Notes under the pieces: generated by a model
What the model saw: the letters and a program-made list of their open reading frames with translations, nothing else
Databases searched by the model: none
What the model was told of the DNA's origin: nothing
Made by a program: the position numbers and the translations under genes
Shown: piece by piece, positions 18,651 to 29,601 of the stretch
Layout: each line of letters begins with the position of its first letter
Numbering within the stretch: the stretch's first letter is position 1
Assembly: GCA_035492655.1 (NCBI GenBank)
Contig: DATJJB010000467.1
Location: forward strand, 5,964-69,963
DNA from: Kutzneria sp.
GTDB lineage: Bacteria; Actinomycetota; Actinomycetes; Mycobacteriales; Pseudonocardiaceae
DNA length: 64,000 nt
Reading direction: 5' to 3'

Positions 18651-21600
18651 ATGGTCGGGATTTCCGAGCGCGCGCGGGTGCTGAGACCCGACGCGAGCGG
18701 GGTGCGCTGGCGCCACGGCGAGCGCCTGGACCACCTGTTCGAGCAGTGCTGTGACCGCACGCCGGACCGGCTCGCGGTCGACGCCGGCGACGTCCGGCTG
18801 ACCTACCGGAGCCTCGACGCGCGGGCCAACCGGCTCGCTCGCCATCTGCTGGCCAACGGTGTGCGGCCCGGCGACCGGGTCGGCCTGCTGTTCGACGACC
18901 CGGTGCAGACCTACGTCGGCATGGTGGCCGTGCTCAAGGCGAACGCGGTGTACGTGCCGCTGGACGTGGCGTTCCCGGACGACAGGATCGCTTACATCGC
19001 CGGGGATGCCGGGATCCGGGTAGCGCTCACGTTGCCACATTTGCGAGACCGGCTCGGTGACGTCGAGCCGCTGTGCGTGGACGTGGCTTTGGCGCGGACC
19101 GCCGAAGTGGACGGACAACGGCTTACTCCCGCAGAGAAGGGAGAACCGGTCGACGAACTCTGCTACATCATCTACACGTCGGGCTCCACCGGCCGGCCCA
19201 AAGGGGTCGCGGTGGAGCACGCGAGCATCTGCAACTTCGTCCGTGTCGCGGCGGAGGTCTACGGCATCGTCCCGGCCGACCGCGTCTACCAGGGCATGAC
19301 GATCGCCTTCGACTTCTCGGTCGAGGAGATCTGGGTGCCGTGGATGTCCGGCGCGACCCTGGTGCCCAAGCCCGGCGGCGCCGGCCTGATCGGCCGCGAG
19401 CTGGGAGAGTTCCTGCGGGACAACGCGGTCACCGCGCTGTGCTGCGTGCCGACACTGCTGGCCACGCTGGACGAGGACCTGCCCGGCCTGAGATTCCTGT
19501 TGGTGTCGGGCGAACCGTGCCCCCGGGATCTCGTCGCCCGCTGGCACCGGCCCGATCGCCGCTTCCTCAACGTCTACGGGCCGACCGAGGCAACCGTGAC
19601 GGCCACCTGGACCACGGTGGATCCCGACCAGCCGGTGACCATCGGCGTGCCGCTGCCCACCTACGCGGTGGTGATACTCGACCCCGAGGCGAATCGGGCG
19701 GTCGGCCCGGGCGAGATCGGGGAGATCGGCATCGCCGGCATCGGGCTGGCCCGCGGTTACCTGAACCGCGACGATCTGACCGACCGGGCGTTCGTCCGGG
19801 ATTTCCTCGGCATCGAGCACAATCCCTCCGGCCGCATATACCGCACCGGTGACCTCGGCCGGGTGGACGGGCGGGGGCGCATCGAATACCTGGGCCGTAT
19901 CGACACCCAGGTCAAGATTCGCGGCTACCGGGTGGAACTGACCGAGATCGAGTCGGTGCTGCTGCGGGCGCCGGGCGTCGCCCAGGCGGTCGTGGACACC
20001 TACGAGCCCGAGCCGGGCCTCGTCGAGCTGGTCGGCTACTACAGCCTGCGGGCGGGTGCGCCGGCGGCGGACCGGGAGGACATCCTGGCGCGGCTGCGTG
20101 CGCACCTGCCCGCCTACATGGTGCCGGCCTACCTGGAATGCCTCGACGCCATCCCGATGACGCCGAGCAACAAGGCGGACCGCAAGAACCTGCCGCCGCC
20201 GGCCGGACCGCGGAGCCTTGTCGCCGCGCGTGACCACGTGGCGCCGGCGACGGACGCCGAACGCGTGCTGGCCGACGTACTGGCGGAGGTTCTGCACGTG
20301 GAACAGGTCTCGGTGGACAGCGACTTCTTCGCCGACCTCAGTGCCAACTCCCTGCTGATGTCGAGGTTCTGCGCGCGGGCGCGCGAACATCCCGCCCTGC
20401 CGGCGATCGCCATGCGTCAGGTGTACCTCAACCCGACCGTCCGGGCGCTGGCCGCGGTGCTGCCCGCCGGGCCCGAAACCGCGCCGCCCACCGAGGAACC
20501 GACCGTCGAGCCGATCGCGACCTGGCGGTACGTGCTCTGCGGCGCGCTGCAGGCCCTGATCTTCCTCGGCTACCTCTACTTCTACGCCCTGGTCGCGGAC
20601 ATCGGGATCGGCTGGATCCTGTCCGCCGGCTCGCTGGTCGACGCGTATCTGCGCTCGGTGGCCTTCGGCGGCGCCGGTTTCGCGGCCGTGTGCGCGCTCC
20701 CGGTGCTGCTGAAGTGGCTGCTGGTCGGTCGCTGGCGGGAGCGGTCCTTCCCGGTGTGGAGCCTGGCCTATGTCCGCTTCTGGACGGTCGCGACGCTGAT
20801 CCGGCTCAACCCGATGCGACTGTTCGTCGGCTCTCCGCTCTACCCGGCCTACCTGCGGCTGCTCGGCGCGAAGATCGGGCGGGGCACGGTCATCCTCTCC
20901 CACAACGTGCCGGTGTGCACCGACCTGCTGACCGTCGGCGCCGGTTCGGTGATCCGCAAGGACACGTACTTCACCTGCTACCGGGCCGTCGCCGGCCGGA
21001 TCCGCACCGGACCCGTGACCCTGGGCCGGGAGACGTTCGTCGGCGAGGCCACCACCCTGGACATCGGCACCTCGATGGGCGACCGGTCGCAGCTCGGCCA
21101 CGCGTCCTGTCTGCACCCCGGAACTTCCGTTCCCGACGGCGAGTCATGGCACGGTTCGCCGGCGCAACCGACCACGGTGGACCATCGGGCGGCCTGTGTG
21201 GCACGGCGACGTCGCTGGAGCCGGGCCAGGTTCAGCGCGACGCAACTGCTCACCATGATGGGCTTCACCATCCCCCTGGTGCTGCTGGCCGGCACCCTCG
21301 TCGACAGCTGGTTGACCGGCGGGTTGCCCGTCGACGAGTCGAACCCGGGGTTCTACGAGGACGAGCTCGGCCTCACCGGCGCGCTGTACTTCGGGACCGT
21401 CGTGATCGGACTGGCCCTCGTGTGCACGCTGCCCCGGCTGCTCGCCCTGTTCGTGCGCCCCGACCGGTGCTACCCGCTCTACGGGCCGCGCTACTCGATG
21501 CAGCGGGCGATCACCCGGTTCACCAACAGCCGCACCTTCACCTACCTGTTCGGCGACAGCTCCTACATCGTGCACTACCTGCGGCTGCTGGGATACGACC

Positions 21601-22643
21601 TCGGCGAGGTCGAGCAGACCGGGTCGAACTTCGGGGTCGAGATCAAGCACGAGTCGCCCTTCGTCAGCGCCGTTGGCGCCGGAACCATCGTGTCCGACGG
21701 CCTGTCGCTGCTCAACGTCGAGTACTCGGACACCGCCTTCCGGGTGCGCCGGGCGGCCGTGGGCCCGCGGAACTTCCTCGGCAACAACATCGTCTATCCG
21801 CCCGGCGGGCGCACCGGCGACAACTGCCTGCTGGCGACCAAGGTCATGATCCCGCTGGACGGCGAGATCCGGGGGAACACCGGCCTGCTGGGCTCGCCGT
21901 CCTTCCCGATCCCGCGGTCGGTCGCCCGCGACGCCGGGTTCGACGACGTCGGCCACGGCGCCGGATCGCGGCGGCTGGCGGCGAAGAACCGGCACAACAC
22001 GGTGACCCTGGCGCTGTTCCTGCTCAGCCGGTGGGGCGACGTGTTCGGCGTCGCCGTGATCAACCTGATCGCCATCGCCCTGTACCCCCGCTTCGGCACG
22101 CCGGCCACCGCGGCCGGACTGCTGGCCGCCTTCCTGTTCGTGGCCGGCTACGGCGTTCTCGTGGAACGCGCGGCGCAGGGTTTTCGGGCCCTGCGGCCGC
22201 GGTTCTGCTCGATCTACGACCGGACGTTCTGGCGGCACGAGCGGTTCTGGAAACACAGCGCCGGGCGCTATCTCGCCCTGTTCAACGGAACCCCGTTCAA
22301 GAACCTGCTGTGGCGCCTGCTCGGTGTCCACATCGGACGCCGGGTCTTCGACGACGGCTGTGCCATCCCGGAGAAGACGCTGGTCGCGATCGGCGACGAC
22401 ACCGTGCTCAACATCGGCAGTGTGATCCAGTGCCATTCGTTGGAGGACGGCGTCTTCAAGTCCGACCGCACCACGATCGGCGCCGGCTGCACCGTCGGCA
22501 CCGCCGCGTTCGTGCACTACGGCGTCACCATGGGCGACCACTCGGGGCTCGACGCCGACGCCTTCCTGATGAAGGGCAGCGAACTCGCCCCGCGCACGCG
22601 GTGGCGGGGCAATCCCGCCACGGAAATCTCATCCACCACGTGA
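18651..22643 (+). CDS. Pls/PosA-family membrane NRPS-like homopoly(amino acid) synthetase (A-T-TM/C1-C3)
   Basis: A-domain motifs YTSGSTGRPKG, FDFS, YGPTE, YRTGD and QVKIRGYRVEL. T domain DFFADLSANSLL. TM pairs alternate with three left-handed beta-helix domains (LLGAKIG, W.GSPA, W.GNPA). RBS GGAGG. Confidence 0.93.
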   Translation: MVGISERARVLRPDASGVRWRHGERLDHLFEQCCDRTPDRLAVDAGDVRLTYRSLDARANRLARHLLANGVRPGDRVGLLFDDPVQTYVGMVAVLKANAVYVPLDVAFPDDRIAYIAGDAGIRVALTLPHLRDRLGDVEPLCVDVALARTAEVDGQRLTPAEKGEPVDELCYIIYTSGSTGRPKGVAVEHASICNFVRVAAEVYGIVPADRVYQGMTIAFDFSVEEIWVPWMSGATLVPKPGGAGLIGRELGEFLRDNAVTALCCVPTLLATLDEDLPGLRFLLVSGEPCPRDLVARWHRPDRRFLNVYGPTEATVTATWTTVDPDQPVTIGVPLPTYAVVILDPEANRAVGPGEIGEIGIAGIGLARGYLNRDDLTDRAFVRDFLGIEHNPSGRIYRTGDLGRVDGRGRIEYLGRIDTQVKIRGYRVELTEIESVLLRAPGVAQAVVDTYEPEPGLVELVGYYSLRAGAPAADREDILARLRAHLPAYMVPAYLECLDAIPMTPSNKADRKNLPPPAGPRSLVAARDHVAPATDAERVLADVLAEVLHVEQVSVDSDFFADLSANSLLMSRFCARAREHPALPAIAMRQVYLNPTVRALAAVLPAGPETAPPTEEPTVEPIATWRYVLCGALQALIFLGYLYFYALVADIGIGWILSAGSLVDAYLRSVAFGGAGFAAVCALPVLLKWLLVGRWRERSFPVWSLAYVRFWTVATLIRLNPMRLFVGSPLYPAYLRLLGAKIGRGTVILSHNVPVCTDLLTVGAGSVIRKDTYFTCYRAVAGRIRTGPVTLGRETFVGEATTLDIGTSMGDRSQLGHASCLHPGTSVPDGESWHGSPAQPTTVDHRAACVARRRRWSRARFSATQLLTMMGFTIPLVLLAGTLVDSWLTGGLPVDESNPGFYEDELGLTGALYFGTVVIGLALVCTLPRLLALFVRPDRCYPLYGPRYSMQRAITRFTNSRTFTYLFGDSSYIVHYLRLLGYDLGEVEQTGSNFGVEIKHESPFVSAVGAGTIVSDGLSLLNVEYSDTAFRVRRAAVGPRNFLGNNIVYPPGGRTGDNCLLATKVMIPLDGEIRGNTGLLGSPSFPIPRSVARDAGFDDVGHGAGSRRLAAKNRHNTVTLALFLLSRWGDVFGVAVINLIAIALYPRFGTPATAAGLLAAFLFVAGYGVLVERAAQGFRALRPRFCSIYDRTFWRHERFWKHSAGRYLALFNGTPFKNLLWRLLGVHIGRRVFDDGCAIPEKTLVAIGDDTVLNIGSVIQCHSLEDGVFKSDRTTIGAGCTVGTAAFVHYGVTMGDHSGLDADAFLMKGSELAPRTRWRGNPATEISSTT

Positions 22644-22658
22644 AGCCTGGAGTTTCAA

Positions 22659-24035
22659 ATGACCGCCGCACCTCCACTGGACCTGATCACCGCACCGTAC
22701 GTCGCCACGGACCTGCCCGGCGCTCGCTCCATGGAGTACCTGCGCCGGCAGCAACGCACCGAGTCCAACGCCCGGTCGTATCCCCGAAGGCTGCCCATCG
22801 CCGTCCAGGACGGTTTGGGCAGCTACCTGCGTGACGTCGACGGCAACGTCTTCATCGACTTCCTCGCCGGCGCGGGCGTGCTCTCGTTGGGGCACAATCA
22901 TCCCGAGCTGGTGCGGGTGATGATCGACCAGCTCGGCCGGCTCACCCACGGCCTGGACTTCCCGACGCCGGCCAAGGACGCCTTCGTGGCGGCGCAGCTG
23001 TCCATGCTGCCGCCCCGGCTGCGCTCGCGGATGAGACTGCACTTCTGCGGCCCCACCGGCGCGAACGCGGTGGACGCCGCGGTGAAGTTGTGCAAGACCG
23101 CGACGGGACGCGGCGACGTCGTGACGTTCCAGGGCGGCTTTCACGGCAGCACCCACGCGGCGATGGCGATGACCGGGTTGGTGGCGCAGAAACGCCCGGT
23201 CGCCAACGGCATGCCCGGAGTGCACTTCCTGCCGTACTCCTACTGCGGGCGCTGCCCGATGGGCTTGTCGCCGAGCAGCTGCGCCATCAACTGCGTGGCG
23301 TACCTGGAGCGCACGCTCACCGACCCGAACGGGGGCATCCCCCTGCCCGCCGCCGTCGTGGTGGAGCTGGTGCAGGGCGAGGGCGGCGTGATTCCGGCGC
23401 ATCCCGACTTCGTGCGCAGGCTGCGCGCGCTGACCGCCGAGTTGGACATCCCGCTGGTGGTGGACGAGGTGCAGACCGGGTGCGGGCGCACCGGAACGTG
23501 GTTCGCCTTCGAGCGCTACGGCATCGAGCCGGACGTGATCGTGGCGTCCAAGGCGCTCAGCGGCGTGGGTGTGCCGGTGGCTCTGATCATGTACGACGAG
23601 CGGCTGGACACCTGGGCCCCCGGCGCGCACACGGGGACGTTCCGCGGCAACCAGTTGGCCTTCGCCACCGGCACGGAGGCGATCCGGATCATCCGGCGCG
23701 ACGACGTGCTCGGCAACGTGACGCGGCGCGGCGCGCAGATCGCCGGCCGGCTGGCGGAGATCGCGCGCCACCCGTGGGTGCGGGAGGTGCGCGGCGTCGG
23801 GCTGATGTGGGGCGTGGAGCTGGCCGATCCCGCGAACGGCACACCGGCCGCCGAACTGGCCCGCGCGGTCCAGACCCGGGCGCTGCGGCGCGGCCTGATC
23901 TTGGAGCTCGGTGGGCGGAGTGACTGCGTGGTGCGGATGCTGCCGCCGCTGAACGTCACCGCCGCGGTCGTCGACCTGGCCTGCGACATCCTCGTCGAGA
24001 CGATCGTGGAGTCGGCGCCGGCGGGTGAGCGCTGA
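22659..24035 (+). CDS. Diaminobutyrate--2-oxoglutarate aminotransferase (class III PLP)
   Basis: [63 protein letters not shown]. Confidence 0.92.
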   Translation: MTAAPPLDLITAPYVATDLPGARSMEYLRRQQRTESNARSYPRRLPIAVQDGLGSYLRDVDGNVFIDFLAGAGVLSLGHNHPELVRVMIDQLGRLTHGLDFPTPAKDAFVAAQLSMLPPRLRSRMRLHFCGPTGANAVDAAVKLCKTATGRGDVVTFQGGFHGSTHAAMAMTGLVAQKRPVANGMPGVHFLPYSYCGRCPMGLSPSSCAINCVAYLERTLTDPNGGIPLPAAVVVELVQGEGGVIPAHPDFVRRLRALTAELDIPLVVDEVQTGCGRTGTWFAFERYGIEPDVIVASKALSGVGVPVALIMYDERLDTWAPGAHTGTFRGNQLAFATGTEAIRIIRRDDVLGNVTRRGAQIAGRLAEIARHPWVREVRGVGLMWGVELADPANGTPAAELARAVQTRALRRGLILELGGRSDCVVRMLPPLNVTAAVVDLACDILVETIVESAPAGER

Positions 24036-24036
24036 C

Positions 24037-25266
24037 ATGGCGCTGGTCGTGCAGAAGTACGGCGGCACCTCGGTGGGCACCGCGGAGCGGATCAAGCGCG
24101 TCGCCGGCCGGGTGTTGGCGGCCCGGCAGGCCGGGCACGACGTGGTGGTGGTCGCCTCGGCCATGGGCGGCACCACCGACGAGCTGATCGACCTGGCCCA
24201 CCAGGTGTGCGTGGCGCCGCCGTCGGCCCGCGAGCTGGACATGCTGCTCACCTCGGGGGAACGCATCGCCAACGCGCTGCTCGCCATGGCGCTGACCGAC
24301 CTCGGCTGCCCCGCGTGCTCCCTGTCCGGTGAGCAGGCCGGAGTTCTGACCACATCCGTGCACGGCCGGGCGCGGATCGTGGACGTGCTGCCCGAACGAG
24401 TGCGCGCCGAACTGGACCGCGGGCGAGTCGTGGTCGTCGCCGGCTTCCAGGGCGTCGACCCGGACAGCAGCGACGTGACGACCCTGGGCCGAGGTGGTTC
24501 GGACACGACCGCGGTGGCGATGGCGGCCGCGCTGGGCGCCGACGTGTGCGAGATCTACACCGACGTCGACGGGGTGTGCACGGCCGATCCACGGATCGTG
24601 CCCGAGGCCCGCCTGCTGGCCCAGGTGTCCTATGAGGACATGGTGGAGCTGGCTTCCAGCGGGGCCAGGGTGCTCATGCCGCGGTCCGTGGGCTACGCCC
24701 GGCGGCACGGTGTGCCGATGCACATCCGCTCGTCGTTCACCTCGGCCCGCGGCACGACGGTCCTGGCGTCGACGGAGAGCACCTCCATGGAACAGCACGT
24801 GATCACCGGTGTCGCGCACGCCAGCGCCGAGGCGAAGGTCGTGGTCGTCGGCGTGCCCGACGAGCCGGCCCGCACGGCCCGCGCCCTACGCGCGCTGGCT
24901 GACGTCCAGGTCGAGGTGGACATCATCGTGCAGAACGCCTCCCCGGTCGGCGGCCGCGTCGACCTGACCTTCACCCTGCCCCGCGGCGACCGGGTGGTCG
25001 CCGTCGCCGCGTTGCGGGCCGCCCGGGAGGCGATCGGGTTCGACGACCTCCGCTACGACGACCGCGTGGGCAAGGTGTCGTTGGTGGGGGCCGGAATGCG
25101 TGGTGATCCGAACGTGGCGGCGACGTTCTGCGAGGCGCTCGCCGGTGTCGGCCTGAGCCTGGAGATCATGTCCGCCTCGGAGTCCAGGATGTCGGCGGTG
25201 TGCCGGGAGAACCAGGTGGAGGACGCGGTGCGCGCCCTGCACGAGGCGTTCGAACTGGCGCGTTGA
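24037..25266 (+). CDS. ask: Aspartate kinase (alpha/beta type, cluster-situated copy)
   Basis: [31 protein letters not shown] and two ACT domains. Internal RBS plus ATG at 24787 ([11 protein letters not shown]) matches the nested beta subunit. Confidence 0.95.
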   Translation: MALVVQKYGGTSVGTAERIKRVAGRVLAARQAGHDVVVVASAMGGTTDELIDLAHQVCVAPPSARELDMLLTSGERIANALLAMALTDLGCPACSLSGEQAGVLTTSVHGRARIVDVLPERVRAELDRGRVVVVAGFQGVDPDSSDVTTLGRGGSDTTAVAMAAALGADVCEIYTDVDGVCTADPRIVPEARLLAQVSYEDMVELASSGARVLMPRSVGYARRHGVPMHIRSSFTSARGTTVLASTESTSMEQHVITGVAHASAEAKVVVVGVPDEPARTARALRALADVQVEVDIIVQNASPVGGRVDLTFTLPRGDRVVAVAALRAAREAIGFDDLRYDDRVGKVSLVGAGMRGDPNVAATFCEALAGVGLSLEIMSASESRMSAVCRENQVEDAVRALHEAFELAR

Positions 25267-25273
25267 CGCCGAT

Positions 25274-25301
25274 GCCGGCCCGACCCGGGGGGCGGGCCGG
25301 C
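25274..25301. terminator. Hairpin between convergent ask and GH13 genes
   Basis: GCCGGCCCG / CGGGCCGGC stem. Confidence 0.55.
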
Positions 25302-25310
25302 GGGCCCTCG

Positions 25311-26828
25311 TCAGGGCCGGTCGAGGTCCGTGTCGTCGGCGCTGCCCACCGGGTCGACGGACAGCAGGTGGGCCTGCCAGGGGGTCAGGTCGACGTACAT
25401 GCCCGAGGCGGCCAGGTCGTCGCCCTCCCGCACGAACACGTCGTCGCCGAGCAGGTCGGTGAGACGCCAGCGGCGGCCGGGCAGGTCGGGCCAGTCCAGC
25501 GGGATCCGGGCCTGCGCCGGCTGGTCGGAGAAGTTGATCGCCATCAGGTGCCGGGCCGTGCCGTCGGACGGCCGCCAGCACCAGGCGAGCAGGTTGCGGC
25601 AGGACTGGTTGTCGGGCCAGCCGGTGGCTTCCAGCAGCTGCCAGGCGCCGCGGCGGACACCGTGGTCGGCGACGGTGGCGAGCAGGTTGGTGTGCCAGGC
25701 GGCGAGGCCGTGGTCCACGGGCTCGTCGGGCCGCCGGGACAGGAACACCGACGGGCGCACCCGGCGGCCCTCGAACTGGCCCTCGTGCCACAGGGTCGCG
25801 CCCGGCACCGTGGCGATGACGACGGCCGCGGCACGCTCGGCGTTCGCGGGCAGCCGGCCGGCGATGCGGGGCTCGTCGTGGTTCTCCAGGAACCGCACCA
25901 GCCGTGACTGGTACGCCGGGTCCTCGCGCAGGTACTCGCGCGTGGCCACCGGGTTCCGGTCGACGAGGTGGTCGTGCAGCCGCTTGTCGTAGCAGAACGA
26001 GAATCCCTGCTCCTGCAGGGTGCGTTCGAGGTTCCAGTACGCCTCGGCGATGAGCACGACGCCCGGATGCCGGTCGCGCAGCCGGCCGATGACCGACGGC
26101 CAGAACTCCTCGGCCGGCTGCGGCCCGACCCGGTCGCCCCAGGTGGCCGCGAACACCGGATTGGTCATCAGCATGGCCATGTCGCAGCGGATGCCGTCGC
26201 ACTGGTCGGCGATGTCGGCCAGGGTGCCTGCGGTCGCCGCGCGCAGCTCCGCGGAGAACGCGTTCAGCTGCACGACGTCGGGCCAGGGTGGGAAGTACGG
26301 GTCACGGCCACGGGCCAGCACGTGCCCGGACAGCTCGAGCCAGGCCTTCGGGTCCGTCTGGACGTCGCGCGGCTCGCCCCGGACGAACAGCCCCGGGTTC
26401 TCGTACACCCACGGATGGTCGGGGGCCACGTGGTTGGGCACGTAGTCCAGCAACAGGCGGACACCGCGCCGGGCGAGCGCCTCCCGGGCCACGGCCAGCG
26501 CCGCCGGGCCGCCGAAGGCGTCGTCGACCACGTAGCCGCGCACGCAGTACGGCGAGCCGAACACGTCGGTGGGACGCAGGTCCGGCAGCGTTTCGCGGAA
26601 CGTCCGGCCCACGTCTGGGTCCGCGCCGGCCAGTTCGAGGCCGAACGGACTGCGCTGCCACACACCCATCAGCCAGACGGCGTCGATGCCCGGCGGGGTG
26701 ATCGCGTCCCAGCCCCGTCCCGGCACATCGGCCAGCGTGATCCGGCGGCCGGCGGCGCGGGAGAGCGCGTCCAGCCACACCGCGGTGTTGACCTCGTGGA
26801 TCACCGGTTGCTCGGGCCAGCCGCTCAT
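25311..26828 (-). CDS. Alpha-amylase family (GH13) protein
   Basis: True start is MSGWPEQP (ATGA overlap with the upstream stop). Motifs GSPY, LDYVPNH, DGIRCDMA, IAEAYW and ENHDE. Confidence 0.9.
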   Translation of the reverse strand: MSGWPEQPVIHEVNTAVWLDALSRAAGRRITLADVPGRGWDAITPPGIDAVWLMGVWQRSPFGLELAGADPDVGRTFRETLPDLRPTDVFGSPYCVRGYVVDDAFGGPAALAVAREALARRGVRLLLDYVPNHVAPDHPWVYENPGLFVRGEPRDVQTDPKAWLELSGHVLARGRDPYFPPWPDVVQLNAFSAELRAATAGTLADIADQCDGIRCDMAMLMTNPVFAATWGDRVGPQPAEEFWPSVIGRLRDRHPGVVLIAEAYWNLERTLQEQGFSFCYDKRLHDHLVDRNPVATREYLREDPAYQSRLVRFLENHDEPRIAGRLPANAERAAAVVIATVPGATLWHEGQFEGRRVRPSVFLSRRPDEPVDHGLAAWHTNLLATVADHGVRRGAWQLLEATGWPDNQSCRNLLAWCWRPSDGTARHLMAINFSDQPAQARIPLDWPDLPGRRWRLTDLLGDDVFVREGDDLAASGMYVDLTPWQAHLLSVDPVGSADDTDLDRP

Positions 26829-29515
26829 CGAGCCACCGCCGCGAGCCGCCCGCCCAGCATGGTCCGGGCCATCTCCCCGCGGAACAGCAGCGGCAGCAGC
26901 GCGACCGTGCCGGTCCAGCCGGTCTGGTGACTCGCCCCGAGGCCGGCGCCGTTGTCGCCGTGGAAGTACTCGTAGAACAACGGCAGGTCCCGCCAGTACG
27001 GGTCGTCCTGCAGTGTCGTCTGGCCGCCGTGCACCGGACGGCGACCGTCGGCGTCCAGCAGGAAGATGCCGAGCAGCCGGTCGCTGATCTCGTGCGCCAC
27101 CTCGGCCAGCGTGAGCTCTCGGCCGGAACCGGTCGGGCACTCCACCGTGAAGTCCTCGCCGAAGTAGGCGTGCAGGTTCAGCAGGGCCCGGATCAGCATC
27201 AGGTTGACCGGGAACCACACCGGCCCCCGCCAGTTGGAGTTGCCGCCGAACATGCCGCTGTCGGACTCCGCGGGCAGATAGCCGACGCGGTGCTCCACGC
27301 CGTCCACGCGCAGCACGTACGGGTGGTCGGCATGCCACCGCGACATCGAGCGGATGCCGTACGGGCCAAGGAACTCCTCCTCGTCCAGCATCCGGGCCAG
27401 GATCCGGCGCAGCCGGCTCTCGTCGAACAGCGCGAACAGCGCCGGGCCGGTCTCCCGGGTCTGCCGGCCACGGCCCCAGAGCGCGGCCGTCACGACGGGG
27501 TGGCGGTCGAGGTACTCCGCGACGCCCTCGACGAACTCGGGGAACCGGGTGCGCACGTCGGCGCGGACGACCGTGGCCGCGGCCAGCGGCATCAACCCCA
27601 CCACCGAGCGGACCTTGAGCGGCACCGAGCTGCCGTCGGGCAGACGCAGCACGTCGTAGAAGAAGCCGTCCTCCTCGTCCCAGAGGCTGGTCGCGTCCGG
27701 GCCGACGTGGCTGGTGGCCGCGGCGATCCACGCGAAGTTCTCCAGCAGCGTGAGCGCCTGCTCCACGTACACCGGGTCCTGCTCGGCGAGCTCGATGGCG
27801 ATCCGCGTCATGCTCTGGCAGTACAGCGCCATCCACGCGGTGCCGTCGGCCTGGTCGATCCGGCCGCCGGACGGCAGCGGCGCGCTGCGGTCGAACACGC
27901 CGACGTTGTCCAGCCCGAGGAAGCCGCCCTGGAAGATGTTGCGGTTGTCGGCGTCCTTCCGGTTGAGCCACCAGCCGAGGTTGCGGCCGAGCTTCTGGAA
28001 CGCGTTCTCCAGGAACCGCCGGTCGCCGGCGCCGGTGCGGGCCTTCTCCAGCTCGTACACGAACAGCGTCGCCCACGCGTGCACCGGCGGGTTGACGTCG
28101 CCGAAGTTCCACTCGTACGCCGGCAGCTGGCCGTTGGGATGCAGGTACCGGCGGTCCAGCAGCAGGTCGAGCTGGTGCTTGGCGAACGCCGGGTCGACCG
28201 GGGCGATGGCGACGGCGTGGAAGGCCAGGTCCCACGCCGCGAACCAGGGGTACTCCCACTTGTCCGGCATGGAGATGACGTCCTCGGCGAGCAGGTGCCG
28301 CCATTCCCGGTTGCGCAACTGGGCGTCGGCGGCGAGCGGGTCGGCGCCGCGTTCCACCAGCCAGCGTTCCATGTCCAGCGCGTAGTACTGCTTGGACCAC
28401 AGCATGCCGGCCAGCGCCTGGCGGACGACGAGGCGTTCGTCGTCGGACAGCTGGTCGGTCAGCGTGCCGTAGAACTCGTCCGCCTCGTCGCGCCGCCGGT
28501 CCATCACCTGGTCGAAGTCCTCGAACGGATCGCCGCCGAAGCCGGGGCGGGCGAGGTCGGTGTCGGTCAGCCGGAACCGCAGCGTGACGCTGTCGCCGGA
28601 CCGCACCACCAGCGCGTGGTGGATCGCCGCCTTCGTGCCGACACCGGTGGGGTCGACCGCGCTGAAGTCGCCGTGCACCACCGCCCGGTCGATGCCGTCC
28701 TTGACGTACGGGGTGTCGTTCGGGGAACCGAACACGCGCTCGTTGTCGGTCTCGTTCCCGGTCACCAGCACCTGAGCCACCCGGTCCGCGTACAACCACC
28801 TGGTGCCCAGCTCGTGGTGGTCGGCCCGGACGGCGGTGACGGCGGTCAGCTCGTCGGTCGCCTGGATCACCGGCCGTTCGTCGCCGCCGGCCCACGACCA
28901 CGTGTGCCGGAACCACAGCGTGGGCAGCACGTGCAGTTCGGCGTCGTCCGGGCCCCGGTTGTGCGCGGTGACCCGCATGAGCACGTCGTCCGGTCCCGCC
29001 TTGGCGTACTCCACGACGATGTCGAAGTACCGGTGGTCGTCGAAGATCCCGGTGTCGAGCAGCTCGTACTCGGGCTGTGTCCGGTCCCGCATCCCGTTGA
29101 CGGCCACCAGCTCCTCGTACGGGAACGGGGCCTGCGGGTACTTGTAGAGCATCTTCAGGTAGGACGAGGTCGGCGTGGCGTCGAGGTAGAAGTAGCACTC
29201 CTTGACGTCCTCGCCGTGGTTGCCCTCGGCGTTGGTGAGCCCGAACAGCCGCTCCTTGAGCATCGGGTCGGCCCCGTTCCACAGGGCCGGCGCCAGACAC
29301 AGCCGCTGCCGGTCGTCGCAGATGCCGGCCAGCCCGTCCTCACCCCAGCGGTAGGCGCGGTAGCGCGCCTGCTCGTGCGGGAACGACGACCAGGGGCCGT
29401 CGCCGCGGTCCTCCCGGACCGTGCCCCACTGCCGCTCGCTGAGGTACGGTCCCCAGCGCCGCCAGGCGACCCCGGCGTCGGCCTCGACCAGCCGCTCGCG
29501 CTCCGCGTCAGCCAT
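26825..29515 (-). CDS. MGH1-like / GH63-like glycoside hydrolase (glucosidase)
   Basis: WGPYLSERQWGTVRED, MPDKWEYPWFAAWDLAFH, NPPVHAW, GGNSNWRGPVWFP, EYFHGDNGAGLGASHQTGWT. Confidence 0.92.
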   Translation of the reverse strand: MADAERERLVEADAGVAWRRWGPYLSERQWGTVREDRGDGPWSSFPHEQARYRAYRWGEDGLAGICDDRQRLCLAPALWNGADPMLKERLFGLTNAEGNHGEDVKECYFYLDATPTSSYLKMLYKYPQAPFPYEELVAVNGMRDRTQPEYELLDTGIFDDHRYFDIVVEYAKAGPDDVLMRVTAHNRGPDDAELHVLPTLWFRHTWSWAGGDERPVIQATDELTAVTAVRADHHELGTRWLYADRVAQVLVTGNETDNERVFGSPNDTPYVKDGIDRAVVHGDFSAVDPTGVGTKAAIHHALVVRSGDSVTLRFRLTDTDLARPGFGGDPFEDFDQVMDRRRDEADEFYGTLTDQLSDDERLVVRQALAGMLWSKQYYALDMERWLVERGADPLAADAQLRNREWRHLLAEDVISMPDKWEYPWFAAWDLAFHAVAIAPVDPAFAKHQLDLLLDRRYLHPNGQLPAYEWNFGDVNPPVHAWATLFVYELEKARTGAGDRRFLENAFQKLGRNLGWWLNRKDADNRNIFQGGFLGLDNVGVFDRSAPLPSGGRIDQADGTAWMALYCQSMTRIAIELAEQDPVYVEQALTLLENFAWIAAATSHVGPDATSLWDEEDGFFYDVLRLPDGSSVPLKVRSVVGLMPLAAATVVRADVRTRFPEFVEGVAEYLDRHPVVTAALWGRGRQTRETGPALFALFDESRLRRILARMLDEEEFLGPYGIRSMSRWHADHPYVLRVDGVEHRVGYLPAESDSGMFGGNSNWRGPVWFPVNLMLIRALLNLHAYFGEDFTVECPTGSGRELTLAEVAHEISDRLLGIFLLDADGRRPVHGGQTTLQDDPYWRDLPLFYEYFHGDNGAGLGASHQTGWTGTVALLPLLFRGEMARTMLGGRLAAVAR

Positions 29516-29584
29516 GGTGTCGCACCTCCGGTTTCGGCGTTTTCCGTTGTGCCGCCAGCATGTGCGTGCGCGCCGCGCCCGACG

Positions 29585-29601
29585 TCACCCCGCCCGGGTG
29601 G
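29585..29601. promoter_or_regulatory. TCAYCC-N5-GGRTGA box upstream of the GH63-like gene
   Basis: TCACCC CGCCC GGGTGG (one mismatch). Confidence 0.5.

Noticed and set aside
22659-25266. Ectoine operon (ectB-ask)
   Set aside because: No ectA or ectC, and the aminotransferase is coupled to a Pls-type synthetase.
25311-29300. 1329-aa ORF as a single protein
   Set aside because: The first 824 codons are an Arg/Pro/Gly-rich off-frame shadow of the GH63-like gene. The real GH13 starts at 26828.
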